64,000 nucleotides of DNA from Candidatus Binataceae bacterium (GTDB taxonomy: Bacteria > Desulfobacterota > Binatia > Binatales > Binataceae). The notes under the pieces were generated by a model. The model had not been told where the DNA came from. It did not search any database and was given only the letters and a program-made list of their open reading frames with translations. Each line of letters opens with the position of its first letter. Within the stretch, counting starts at the first letter, position 1. A program made the translations under genes and the position numbers. Shown in pieces: positions 27,861 through 38,320 of this stretch. Location of the stretch: the NCBI GenBank assembly GCA_963803045.1, contig CAWDLC010000014.1:50003-114002 (forward strand), written 5' to 3'.

Positions 27861-30251
27861 TCAAGGCAGGAGGTTCTTCAGAGCGTTAATCGGGTTCGGA
27901 ATCGATGGAATCGACGATCCCGCCGACGGTGCGCCAACGATCGAACCCATCGCGTTCACTCCGCCGCGGATTATGTTGCCGGGCGTGTTAATCGCGCCCA
28001 TCGCCACGCGCTCCGCCAATGTTGGCACGTCCGGCAGCACGCGAACTCCCGGCAGTTCCCCGCTCACCGTGACCGGGATCGCGACCTGCAGTCCGAGCGT
28101 GAGCCGGATGTCGGCGTTCATGCTGATGTTCTTGTCCATGTCGAACCAGCCGTCGCCAGTGATCCTGTAATCCGGCGACTCCGCATAGAGGTCATGCGTC
28201 GTGAACCGCGGCCCGGCCTGCTGATAGCTCATGCTCGCCGATTGCAGCTCGGTGTCGGGATCGACCAGCAACCCATGATGGCTCGACATGAATGCCACGT
28301 TCACGAGTTGGCTTACTCCCGGCGCCGCGGCGATTGCGTTGACCGCGTCCGCCACGATATTGACGCCCACCAGCTTGCCGTTCGCGATTGCCACTCGCCC
28401 GCTGCCGCGTAACGTCGGCTTGATTCGATTCCAATCCGCACCGCTGCCCGACGCCGCCACGTTGCCGGTCAGAAAGCCGTGCACGGTGCTGGCCGCATCG
28501 ATATTTTGCGAGCGCAGCGCTTGTTCGATGTTCAGATTCTTCATCCCGAGCGTGATATTGAATCTCGGCGCGGTACCGAAAACTCCGTCCGCATCCGCCG
28601 TCAGCGAGCCGCCGAACACGCCAACGTTGAGTGGACGCGCCGACGCGCGGCCGTTCAAGTATGCCGCCGTCAGATCGAGATTGCGGTATGAAACATTTTC
28701 GAGCGATCCGTCCGTCGATTGGATCGTCGCGCTCATTCGCGGCGAAGTTATCTCGCCGTCGGCGGTGCCTTTGACCACCAACTGATTGATAACGTCGCCG
28801 GGCTGACGGCTATCGAAAGCGAATATCTGCGCGAGCTTCACCGAGTCGGCCTTCAGCGCATAGCTTGCTTTCAGCGGACTGATGGATTCGACGCGTCCCT
28901 CAAGAGTTGCGTGCGCAGAACCGAGCGTGAAACTCGTCGGTTCGATGACTTCGACTCCATCGGTGAAACGAATCTTGCCGTTTAGATCGCTGATTGCGCC
29001 CGGCCACGACGGCGCCAGCTTCACCGCAACCTGTTTCAGCGTCACGGTTCCATCCATCGCCGGCGCGTTGATGTCCAGTTTCGCGGTACCGTGAATTTCA
29101 CTCATGCCCGCCACGCCGTACCCGGCCGCTGCATTGATCATCGGGCTCAGATTGGCAAGGTTGAAGCTGTTCGAATCGATTTGCGCACCCAAGGGTTGCG
29201 GACCACCGCCCGAAAACCTGCTCGCCGTCAATTCGAGATCGGACAGCTTCAAGTTCACGCTCGCTATCTCAAGCTGCTCCGCCCAGATGCCGTTCGCATT
29301 CACCGTCATCGCGGTCCCCGCCGGCTTGTTGAACAGCGCCGCGTACGCGACCCGGTCTGCGCTGAGATCGGTGCTCAACGCAATTGCGAGCTTGCCGAAT
29401 GAACCGCGGACAGTCCCGCTTACCGATACGGGATCAGGAATCGAGAGCCCCGGCGGTATTTCCGATCCCACGTCAGCAAGCGGCCTGACCCTATCGAGCA
29501 GGATCGAATCGAGCTTCAACTTCAGATCGACCGGGATTCCCGACGCATCCAGGACGCCTTGATTGAGCAGCGGCCCGAGCTTTCCCGATGCCTCGACGTT
29601 TTGCTCTTCGCCCGGGAAGGCGAACTTGGTCTCGACGTCGAATGCCGACGCGGCGTCGAAATTTGTCACGCTGAAATCCAGATGATGGACGCGAATTGGC
29701 GCCGTCTTTTCGCCAAGATCGTTGAAATATATCGCGCCGTCCTCGATGCTCAGCGCCTTGATCGACAAGTCGGCAAGCGACGATCGCTTCTTCGCGCGCC
29801 GGCTCCGCGCCGCTTTCGAACTCTCTCGTCGTATTTCATCGGGGCTGCTCCCGATCGTGCTCACGTTCAGGTCGCCGCGCGCGTTCATCACGATCCGGAT
29901 GTCGGGATTGGCCAGCTCGAGTTTTACGACTTTCGCCGCGCCGCGAAGCAGCGGGATAAACTCAACTTCGATCGACACTTCATTGGCGGCGAGAAACGGT
30001 TTAGCCGAAAATGCCGGATCGTCCGCAATCTTGAGCCCGCTTACTTCGACCGACACGCCCCATCCCATCTGCGCCTGTATTTTCCCGACGTCGACCCGGC
30101 GGCCAAGCTCGTCGCTCACGCGCGCCAGTATTCGCTTCTCATTGCGGGCGACGATCGAGCTCAAATTGTAGAATGCGTAGGCCGTGAGCGCAGCCGCGAT
30201 CAGCACCACCGCGCCAACCACGACTCCGGAGATGAGTAGTATCCGGCGCAA
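27861..30251 (-). CDS. AsmA family outer-membrane biogenesis protein
   Basis: 796 aa. It has an N-terminal TM anchor ([24 protein letters not shown]), then a long beta-rich region with AsmA-like N-terminal and C-terminal segments. Confidence 0.7.
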   Translation of the reverse strand: MRRILLISGVVVGAVVLIAAALTAYAFYNLSSIVARNEKRILARVSDELGRRVDVGKIQAQMGWGVSVEVSGLKIADDPAFSAKPFLAANEVSIEVEFIPLLRGAAKVVKLELANPDIRIVMNARGDLNVSTIGSSPDEIRRESSKAARSRRAKKRSSLADLSIKALSIEDGAIYFNDLGEKTAPIRVHHLDFSVTNFDAASAFDVETKFAFPGEEQNVEASGKLGPLLNQGVLDASGIPVDLKLKLDSILLDRVRPLADVGSEIPPGLSIPDPVSVSGTVRGSFGKLAIALSTDLSADRVAYAALFNKPAGTAMTVNANGIWAEQLEIASVNLKLSDLELTASRFSGGGPQPLGAQIDSNSFNLANLSPMINAAAGYGVAGMSEIHGTAKLDINAPAMDGTVTLKQVAVKLAPSWPGAISDLNGKIRFTDGVEVIEPTSFTLGSAHATLEGRVESISPLKASYALKADSVKLAQIFAFDSRQPGDVINQLVVKGTADGEITSPRMSATIQSTDGSLENVSYRNLDLTAAYLNGRASARPLNVGVFGGSLTADADGVFGTAPRFNITLGMKNLNIEQALRSQNIDAASTVHGFLTGNVAASGSGADWNRIKPTLRGSGRVAIANGKLVGVNIVADAVNAIAAAPGVSQLVNVAFMSSHHGLLVDPDTELQSASMSYQQAGPRFTTHDLYAESPDYRITGDGWFDMDKNISMNADIRLTLGLQVAIPVTVSGELPGVRVLPDVPTLAERVAMGAINTPGNIIRGGVNAMGSIVGAPSAGSSIPSIPNPINALKNLLP

Positions 30252-30430
30252 CGTCGCCTCAGGAAGTAATCCGAGCGAAATGATTGGCGATCATTTTTCC
30301 GCGCGACTGGTGGCTACTGACGTCGATTGAACCTCAACGAAACCGCGATAGGGACGGTCGCGAAGTGACCGAGGCCGGAAACCAATCACGCCCGCGCTGA
30401 CGGTTGCGGCGGTCAGCGCCCGAGAAACGA

Positions 30431-30832
30431 CTAGCTCCTTGGCGCGTGCTCGTTAAGGTATTTGCGCAGCGATTCGACACCCCAGTTGCGAGCCGTGGTT
30501 TGCCAGCCGCCCGGGAATCTCTCCTCGATCCACCATTGGTTTTTATCAAGCCTGATGTGGACCTTGCTGTTGTTCCCGGCCGCGGCCATGCCGCGTTGGC
30601 CAAATTGGTCCAAACGCAGGCCGAACTCCTTCAGGAGTTCCTGCCAGTAAGTCCAAGTTAAGCGAGAGACGGTCGTCCGTGAAAAAATGTTCTGGGCCGT
30701 GATCGCGTAGCGCTCCATGAGCGCCTCTTGCAAGTGGGCCGCAGCCGCAGTCTCGGCCTCTGGCGCCGCGGCTTCATTATCGGTGTTCTTCCTACGCAGT
30801 GCGATCATTCGGAGTGCGTCTTCGGTTTTCAT
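30431..30832 (-). CDS. hypothetical protein
   Basis: 133 aa with a strong GGAGG 8 nt upstream of the ATG. I recognise no family. Confidence 0.6.
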   Translation of the reverse strand: MKTEDALRMIALRRKNTDNEAAAPEAETAAAAHLQEALMERYAITAQNIFSRTTVSRLTWTYWQELLKEFGLRLDQFGQRGMAAAGNNSKVHIRLDKNQWWIEERFPGGWQTTARNWGVESLRKYLNEHAPRS

Positions 30833-30923
30833 CGAAACACCTCCACCTCTGTTGCGAACACCATGATCAACATTAGCTGTGCAGCAAATTTGTTACAAGA
30901 AACCTAATGACGGGTCTAAATGT

Positions 30924-31057
30924 AATTTTCAGCGTCGGCGTCTCGTAGCCGGAATTTCTATTTTCACCAGAAGCACCACGCGCTCGCTTGAATTCAGGTT
31001 TGCCCAAACCGCCGAAGCGGGGCCCGAACACGAGGGTTTCTTTACAAATTTTCAGCG
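30924..31057. repeat. 11-nt direct repeat AATTTTCAGCG (30924-30934 and 31047-31057) in an AT-rich spacer
   Basis: Two identical 11-mers sit 123 bp apart in the 330-bp low-GC spacer between the M20 peptidase stop and the hypothetical gene start. Confidence 0.6.
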
Positions 31058-31162
31058 GCGCTGACGTGCACCCTCACATCCAATGACGAAATTGCGGTGA
31101 ATCTGATCGCAAACCACCGGCCCGGCCCGATCCAACTGGCAACGCCAAGCTATTCCCGCAGG

Positions 31163-32572
31163 TTACCCTCGTACAAAGTGATCGGCGATCACTTTCGCCA
31201 CGCAGCAAGTTACCTTCTTCGCTGTCGGGATGTGGAGAAACTCGTTGGGCCCGTGGGCATTGGCGTGAGGTCCCAGCACCCCGGTGATCATAAATTGCGC
31301 CTGTGGGAACCGCGCGCCCAACATCCCCATGAATGGAATGGTGCCGCCTTCGCCCATGTAGGCAACCGGATTGCCGAAGTAGTCATTCGAGGCCTCCTCG
31401 AGGCTGCGCTCGAGCCACGGTGAAAGTTCCGGCGCATTCCATCCGTTGGCGCCCCAGTTCGCCCGGAAACTCACTTTGCACCCATACGGCGGGTCTTTCT
31501 CGAGAATGCTTTTCAGCTCTTGCGACGCGATTTTTGCATCAACGGTCGGCGGCAGTCTGAGCGACAAACTCACCGCCGTGCCCGGGCGCAGCACGTTACC
31601 GGCGTTGCCGGTCGGCGGCAGCCCGTCCGCGCCGATGATCGAGAGAGCGGGCCGCCACGCGCGGTTGAGGATGAGTTCCGTCGTATCGTTGCTCACGGGA
31701 CGCGCGCGCTCGATGAATGGAAACTTGGCGCGGATGTCGTCGCCGAGCACCGCGGCCGCCCCGGCCGCCTGCTTGAGGCGCGCAGCGGGGATCGACGCGT
31801 AAAATTCCGGCCCGAGCACCTTCCCCGTTGCCTCATCCTCGACGCGGCTTAACAACTGGCGCACGATGCGGAAGCTGTCGGGCACAACTCCGCCGGCGTC
31901 GCCCGAATGCACGCCCTCGGTGAGCACGTCGACCTGGAGTTTCCCGCCGACCAGGCCGCGCAGCGATGTTGTCAGCCAAAGTTGCTCGTAGTTGCCGCAT
32001 CCCGAGTCCAGCGCGATGCAGAGGCTCGGCTGCCCGATCCGGGCTGCCAGATGCTCGATGTAGTGCGGGAGATCGAAGCTGCCGCTTTCTTCGCAAGCCT
32101 CGATGATCACAACGCATCGCGCGTGTCGAATCGAGTTCGCCTGCAGCGCGCCGATCGCGCCCACGCATGCAAACATCGCGTACCCGTCATCGGCACTGCC
32201 GCGGCCATACAAACGCTCGCCGTCGAGCACCGGCTGCCACGGCCCCAGCCCTTCGCGCCATCCCGACATCTCGGGCTGCTTGTCCATGTGCCCATAGAGC
32301 AGCACGCAATCCTTGGAGTCGCCGGGGATTTCGATGAACAGCAGCGGGGTGCGACCTTCGAGCCGCACGACTTCCAACCTCAGGGCGCGGATCGGTTGGC
32401 GGCGCGCCCAATCCTCGAAGCGCGCGGCGACGCGGTCCATGTGACCGTGCGCTTTCCAGTCGCGATCGAACGCGACCGACTTGTTGGGAATACGAATGTA
32501 CTCGACCAGTTCGGCGACTATGGATTCATCCCAAAGCCGCTCGACGTGAGTTCGGATCGCTGCCTTGTCCAT
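31163..32572 (-). CDS. M20 family metallopeptidase (dipeptidase/ArgE/DapE/CPG2 family)
   Basis: 469 aa with LLYGHMDKQPEM, GRGSADDGYAM and ACEESGS. Confidence 0.8.
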   Translation of the reverse strand: MDKAAIRTHVERLWDESIVAELVEYIRIPNKSVAFDRDWKAHGHMDRVAARFEDWARRQPIRALRLEVVRLEGRTPLLFIEIPGDSKDCVLLYGHMDKQPEMSGWREGLGPWQPVLDGERLYGRGSADDGYAMFACVGAIGALQANSIRHARCVVIIEACEESGSFDLPHYIEHLAARIGQPSLCIALDSGCGNYEQLWLTTSLRGLVGGKLQVDVLTEGVHSGDAGGVVPDSFRIVRQLLSRVEDEATGKVLGPEFYASIPAARLKQAAGAAAVLGDDIRAKFPFIERARPVSNDTTELILNRAWRPALSIIGADGLPPTGNAGNVLRPGTAVSLSLRLPPTVDAKIASQELKSILEKDPPYGCKVSFRANWGANGWNAPELSPWLERSLEEASNDYFGNPVAYMGEGGTIPFMGMLGARFPQAQFMITGVLGPHANAHGPNEFLHIPTAKKVTCCVAKVIADHFVRG

Positions 32573-32663
32573 GACGTAAAGCCTACGCGAGATGAGTGGC
32601 GATTGGCAAAATACGTGAACTGGATCGGGTGGCGGAAGTGACGCCCTGAAATTGCGATGCGAG

Positions 32664-33164
32664 TCAGTTTGGACGGCCGGCCGGGGACGACATGCTTTGA
32701 ATCAACAAATTCAATGCCGCGGCTCCAAACGTGCGCATGTTGGCCAGGCGATCCGCACGCCCGGTCTCGACAGTCATCGAGCGCTCAACCGGTCCTGCGA
32801 CCGCGATACAACTGTGGCCGGCCGCGTCGCCGTAGCGATTTCCGGTGGGTCCGCTCGCCCCGATCTCCGCGATGCTCCAGTTGACCGCGAATCGTGTGCG
32901 GGCCGCATGCGCCAGGATCATTGCACCCTCTTCAGTGACCGATTTGATCCCGGCAAACGCGGAATCGGCAACATCGAGCATCGCGCGCCGCGCTTTAAGA
33001 GTATAAACGACGGCGCCGCCGACGAAATACGCCGACGCGCCCGGGACGCTCAGCAGCGCGGCCGAGATAAGGCCTCCGGTTGTCGATTCGGCGACCGCGA
33101 CGTTCTCGCGCCGGTCTTTCAGCATCGTAGCGATTTTTTCCGCCAGCGGCAGCAGATCCTGCAT
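32664..33164 (-). CDS. CinA-family protein (nicotinamide-nucleotide amidohydrolase PncC-like domain)
   Basis: 166 aa. VAVAESTTGGLISAALLSVPGASAYFVGGAVVY is diagnostic. Confidence 0.85.
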   Translation of the reverse strand: MQDLLPLAEKIATMLKDRRENVAVAESTTGGLISAALLSVPGASAYFVGGAVVYTLKARRAMLDVADSAFAGIKSVTEEGAMILAHAARTRFAVNWSIAEIGASGPTGNRYGDAAGHSCIAVAGPVERSMTVETGRADRLANMRTFGAAALNLLIQSMSSPAGRPN

Positions 33165-33197
33165 GTGGGCCTCTTCGAATTTTGAATCGGCGCAATG

Positions 33198-33884
33198 TTA
33201 TCGCGCGGAGCATCCGTCGAGGAAGATCGACGTTACAATATCGACCGCGCGCTCGGGTATCGTGTACTCGCGACCGTAGCGGTTGATCCCGCGCATCATG
33301 CCCAGCAGCGATTCGGCCGCGATTCGAGTGTCGATACCCGGCCTCATCGCACCGCGCTTGACGCCGTCGTCGAGAACGGCGCTTATCAATCGCGACAAGT
33401 CATTGCGCTGAGCTTGATACTGGCGCTCCTGTGAGGGCCGCAACGCCTTGGGATCGCGCAGCAGGGCGAAGAACTGGCGGCGGCTCCAGAAGAATCCGAG
33501 AGAATGACGCACGATCGTCGCGATTTGCTCGCGCGTCGGCGTGCAACCCGCCAGCGCCGCGCGAATTTCGCTCTGCAGTTCCGTGAATCCCTTGATTACC
33601 GCGGCCGCGTAAAGCTCCTCTTTCGACTTGAATTGGCGGTAAACGCTGCCCTTGCCAACTCCGGCGTGAGCGGCGACCTCGTCGATCAGCACCAAGTCGA
33701 ATTCCCTTTCGGCAAAGAGTTCCGCGGCACTCAGGAGGATTCTCTCGCGCAGGAACGGCGTTGACGGCCTGCCACGGCCGTCTTTGTGGCGAATCGGCGG
33801 CGAAACCGGTTGGCGCTTGACCCTCACGATTGGAAACCTGCAACCATTGGATTCGTAGATTGGTAGTCGCCTCCAAGGCCTCAT
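33198..33884 (-). CDS. TetR/AcrR family transcriptional regulator
   Basis: The HTH is RERILLSAAELFAEREFDLVLIDEVAAHAGVGKGSVYRQFKSKEELY. It is divergent from the RND efflux operon, and the start codon is uncertain. Confidence 0.85.
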   Translation of the reverse strand: MRPWRRLPIYESNGCRFPIVRVKRQPVSPPIRHKDGRGRPSTPFLRERILLSAAELFAEREFDLVLIDEVAAHAGVGKGSVYRQFKSKEELYAAAVIKGFTELQSEIRAALAGCTPTREQIATIVRHSLGFFWSRRQFFALLRDPKALRPSQERQYQAQRNDLSRLISAVLDDGVKRGAMRPGIDTRIAAESLLGMMRGINRYGREYTIPERAVDIVTSIFLDGCSAR

Positions 33885-33945
33885 TTGAAATATGGACTAG
33901 CCGGTCCAAAATTGCAACAATAGGGATCGTAATTGCTTGCTTGAG

Positions 33946-35205
33946 ATGAGTGCGACGGAGAACATGATGGATTCAGACGGCCCGATGACCGGAAAACCTG
34001 ACGCCTCGCGATTTATGCAGGATACCGAAGTGCGCAGTTGGCTCGACAAAGCCATTCAACGATGGCGTCTGTGGCTGGTCGTTTTGGCCCTCGCGGTGAT
34101 TGGCCTTTACTTTTTTATCGCCCGCAGCCGCCCTGATTCTTCCACAGAGCCATCTGCAGCCGCGGTGCACATGATCGTTCCGGTCGCAGCGGTGCCGGCG
34201 AAGCTCGGTGATATGAACCAGTACCTATCCGCGATCGGAACGGTGACGGCATACAACACGGTTACCATCAAAAGCCGGGTGGATGGCGCGCTCGACAAGG
34301 TAAACTTTACCGAGGGGCAAATAGTAAAGGCCGGCGATCTGCTGGCTGAGATCGACCCGCGTCCGTACCAGGTGCAGCTCGAGCAGGCCGAGGGCACGCT
34401 CGCGAAGGATCTGGCGTCGCTCGAAAACGCCAAGGTTACATTCGAGCGCGACAAGGAACTCTTCAAGCAAAATGCCCTCGCGCGTCAGGATCTCGACAAC
34501 CAGGAAACGGCGGTCGGACAGTACGCCGGTTCGATCGAGAGCGATAAGGGCGCCGTGGATAACGCCAAGCTTCAGCTGACCTACAGCCGCATCACTTCGC
34601 CGATCACTGGTCGGGTTGGGCTGAGGTTGGTGGACGCGGGCAATATCATTCATGCGACCGACGCGACGGGTCTCGCGGTGATCACGCAGCTACAGCCGAT
34701 CGCGGTTGATTTCGGTATTCCGGAGGACGATCTGCCACGCCTCGAGAATGCGATGAAGAGCAACAGCCAGTTGCCGGTCGAGGCTTACGATCGTGACTTC
34801 GAGCACCGGCTCGCGGCTGGAACGCTGCTCACGACCGACAACCAGATCGATCAGTCCACCGGCACGATCAAGCTCAAGGCGTCCTTTCCCAACGAGGACA
34901 ACTCGCTGTTTCCGAATCAATTCGTCAACGCGAGGCTGCTCGTCAATACCCTGCACGATGTGCTTCTGATCCCGGCGGCCGGTCTCCAGCGCAGCCAGCA
35001 AGGTTCGTTTGTATACGTCGTCAAGCCTGACCATACCGTCGAGATGCGCAGCGTGACCGTGGGTGCAACCCAGGGCGACGTGATCGCGATAGACAAGGGC
35101 CTTGCGGCCGGCGACCTGGTCGTCACCGACGGGGTGGACAAGCTGCAACAAGGATCACACGTGGATGTGCAGACGGCGGCTATAGCGCCCGCGAGTACTC
35201 CGTGA
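33946..35205 (+). CDS. mdtA: RND efflux periplasmic adaptor (MdtA-like)
   Basis: TM anchor, then an HlyD/MFP fold with ...[22 protein letters not shown].... The stop overlaps the next gene's GTG (GTGA). Confidence 0.85.
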   Translation: MSATENMMDSDGPMTGKPDASRFMQDTEVRSWLDKAIQRWRLWLVVLALAVIGLYFFIARSRPDSSTEPSAAAVHMIVPVAAVPAKLGDMNQYLSAIGTVTAYNTVTIKSRVDGALDKVNFTEGQIVKAGDLLAEIDPRPYQVQLEQAEGTLAKDLASLENAKVTFERDKELFKQNALARQDLDNQETAVGQYAGSIESDKGAVDNAKLQLTYSRITSPITGRVGLRLVDAGNIIHATDATGLAVITQLQPIAVDFGIPEDDLPRLENAMKSNSQLPVEAYDRDFEHRLAAGTLLTTDNQIDQSTGTIKLKASFPNEDNSLFPNQFVNARLLVNTLHDVLLIPAAGLQRSQQGSFVYVVKPDHTVEMRSVTVGATQGDVIAIDKGLAAGDLVVTDGVDKLQQGSHVDVQTAAIAPASTP

Positions 35206-38200
35206 GTCTTTCGCGCCCGTTCATACTCCGGCCGGTTGCAACTTCGCTGCTGATGGTCGGGCTGATGCTGGCCGGCCTCGTCGCCTACGGGCAGCTGCCC
35301 GTGTCGGCGCTGCCGCAGGTGGATTATCCGACCATCCAGGCTATGACGTTTTATCCGGGCGCGAGTCCGGACGTGATGGCGTCTTCGGTAACGGCGCCGC
35401 TCGAGCGGCAATTCGGAGAGGTGCCGGGGCTTACCCAGATGACCTCGAACAGCTCGTTCGGCAGCTCGGTCATCACGCTGCAGTTCGACCTCAACTTGAA
35501 CATCGACGTTGCCGAGCAGGAGGTACAGGCGGCGATCAACGCGGCCGCGACCTACCTGCCCCTGGACCTCCCCAACCCGCCCGTTTACAGCAAGACCAAT
35601 CCGGCCGACGCGCCTATTCTCACCCTGGCGCTGACGTCGAAGGAACTGCCGCTCCCGCAAGTCGAGGATCTGGCCGACACGCGTCTGGCCGAGAAGATCT
35701 CGCAGCTGCCTGGCGTGGGTTTGGTGAGTATCGGCGGCGGCCAGAAACCTTCGGTCCGCATACAGGCCAATCCGACCTCGCTCGCGTCGTATGGAATGAC
35801 GCTCGAGGACCTGCGCACTGCGATCGCGAGTGCCAACGTCAACGAGGCCAAGGGCAACTTCGATGGCAAGCAGCAGGCGTACACGATCGGCGCCAACGAC
35901 CAGCTCCTGACGGCCAAGGACTACCTGCCGCTGATCGTCGCGTATCATAACGGCGCACCGGTCAAGCTTTCCGATGTCGCCCACGCGATAGACGACGCCG
36001 AGAACGTCAAGGCCGCGGCGTGGATGAACACCACGCCGGCCGTGATCCTCAACGTTCAGCGCCAGCCCGGCGCCAACATCATCGCCGTCGTGGACCGCAT
36101 CAAGGCCCTGATGCCGCGCTTGCAGGCCTCGCTGCCCTCGTCGGTGAAGGTCGAGATCCTGACAGATCGGACCACCACGATTCGCGCGTCGGTGGCGGAC
36201 GTGCAGTTCGAGTTGATGCTGACGGTGGCGCTGGTCGTGATGGTCATCTTCCTGTTTCTGCGCAGTCTGTCGGCGACGATCATTCCCAGCATCGCGGTGC
36301 CGCTCTCCCTGATCGGAACGTTCGGCGTGATGTACCTGCTCGGCTACAGCCTCGACAACCTGTCGCTGATGGCGCTTACGATTTCGACCGGCTTCGTCGT
36401 TGACGACGCGATCGTGATGATCGAAAACATCTCGCGCTTCATCGAGGAAGGCGACGCGCCGCTGCAGGCCGCGCTCAAGGGCGCCGAGCAGATCGGCTTC
36501 ACGATTCTTTCGCTGACCGTGTCGCTGATCGCGGTGCTGATTCCGCTGCTGTTCATGGGCGATATCGTCGGCCGGTTGTTCCGTGAGTTCGCGGTCACGC
36601 TGGCGGTGACGATCCTGATGTCCGCGGTCGTCTCCCTGACGCTGACGCCAATGATGTGCGCGAAGCTGCTGCGGCATACGACCGAGCGTGAGCAGACCTG
36701 GTTCTATCGCAGGTCGGAAAAGGTATTCAAAGACACAATCGCGCTTTACGGCCGAACGCTCGAGTGGGTTCTTGCCCACGAAACCGAAACGCTGATGGTC
36801 GCGATCAGCACCCTGGTCCTGACGATCGTGCTCTACGTCGTCGTGCCCAAGGGCTTCTTTCCGGTGGAGGACACCGGCGTTATCCAGGGCGTCTCCGAAG
36901 CGCCGCAGAATGTATCGTTCGCCGCGATGGTGCGCGGCCAGCAGGCTTTGGCGCGGGTCATTTTGCAGGACCCGGCGGTGGAGAGTCTGTCGTCGTTTGT
37001 CGGGATCGATGGCACCAACACCACCGTTAACAGCGGACGAATACTGATCAATCTGAAACCGCTCGAGCAGCGCAACGTGGACATCAGCACGGTCATTAAC
37101 CGCTTGCAGCCGAAGTTGGCGACCGTCGGGGGGATGACGCTCTTTTTGCAGCCGGTGCAGGATCTGACGGTCGAAGACCGCGTGAGCCGCACGCAGTATC
37201 AGTACAGTCTCGAAGATCCAAGCGCCGGCGAATTGATTCTCTGGACGGGGAAACTCGTGGATAAGCTCAAGACGCTGCCGGCGCTCCGCAACGTCGCCAC
37301 CGACCAGCAGAACGGCGGCCAGCAGGAGCATGTCGTCATCGATCGGCTGACGGCTTCGCGCCTGGGTATCACGCCAAATCTGATCGACAACACCTTGTAC
37401 GACGCCTTTGGACAGCGGCAGGTGTCAACGATTTTCACGCAGTTGAACCAGTATCACGTGGTGCTCGAAGTGGCGCCGGAGTTTCAAAACAGTCCGCACG
37501 CGCTTGACGACATCTATATTCGCTCGACCGCGGGCGGTGAGGTGCCGCTCGAGCGCCTTCACCCACTTCGAAGCCGGGTTCTGCCCCGCTTGCCGTCAAC
37601 CATCAGGGCCAGTTTCCCGCAGTCACAATCTCGTTCGATTTGGCACCGGGCTACTCGCTGGGCGACGCGGTCTCCGCGATCGACCAGGCGCGCCAGGAAA
37701 TCGGGATGCCGGTAAGTATCGAGGCTGCGTTCCAGGGCACCGCCGAAGCGTTCCGGGCGTCGTTGACCAACGAGCCGCTGCTAATCCTCGCGGCGCTGGT
37801 CACCGTGTACATCGTGCTCGGGGTTCTTTACGAGAGTTACATCCATCCGATCACGATTATCTCGACCCTGCCATCGGCGGGCGTCGGCGCGATCCTCGCT
37901 CTGATGATCTGCGGTTCTGATCTCAACGTGATCGCGCTCATCGGCATCATCCTGCTGATAGGTATCGTGAAAAAGAACGCAATCATGATGATCGATTTCG
38001 CACTTGAAGCTCAGCGTAAGGACGGCAAGCCACCGCGCGAAGCGATCTTTCAGGCCTGCCTGCTGCGCTTCCGGCCCATCATGATGACCACGATGGCGGC
38101 GTTGCTCGGCGCATTGCCGCTGGCGCTGGGAACCGGCACCGGCTCCGAGTTGCGCCGCCCGCTCGGCATTGCAATCGTCGGCGGCTTGCTCGTGAGCCAG

Positions 38201-38320
38201 GTGCTCACGCTTTACACGACGCCGGTGATTTTCCTGACCTTCGACCGCTTGGCGACGCGAGTGGCGAAGTGGCGGACGAAGGATGTTGTTCCCGAGACCG
38301 TTCCGGCTCAAGCGTCATGA
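35202..38320 (+). pseudogene. mdtB: RND multidrug efflux pump (MdtB-like), two closely spaced +1 frame disruptions (or assembly indels)
   Basis: The sequence is continuous RND from [17 protein letters not shown]. Frame 0 runs to ...GGEVPL. Frame 1 carries only [10 protein letters not shown]. Frame 2 carries [30 protein letters not shown]... through to the stop at 38320. Extra nucleotides lie near 37551 and 37582; removing both gives 1038 aa. Confidence 0.85.

Noticed and set aside
34917-37331. 804-aa ORF antisense to the MdtA/MdtB-like genes.
   Set aside because: Same reasoning. Its Arg/His/Gln/Asp-rich composition is implausible for a protein, and the sense strand encodes a well-conserved RND pump.
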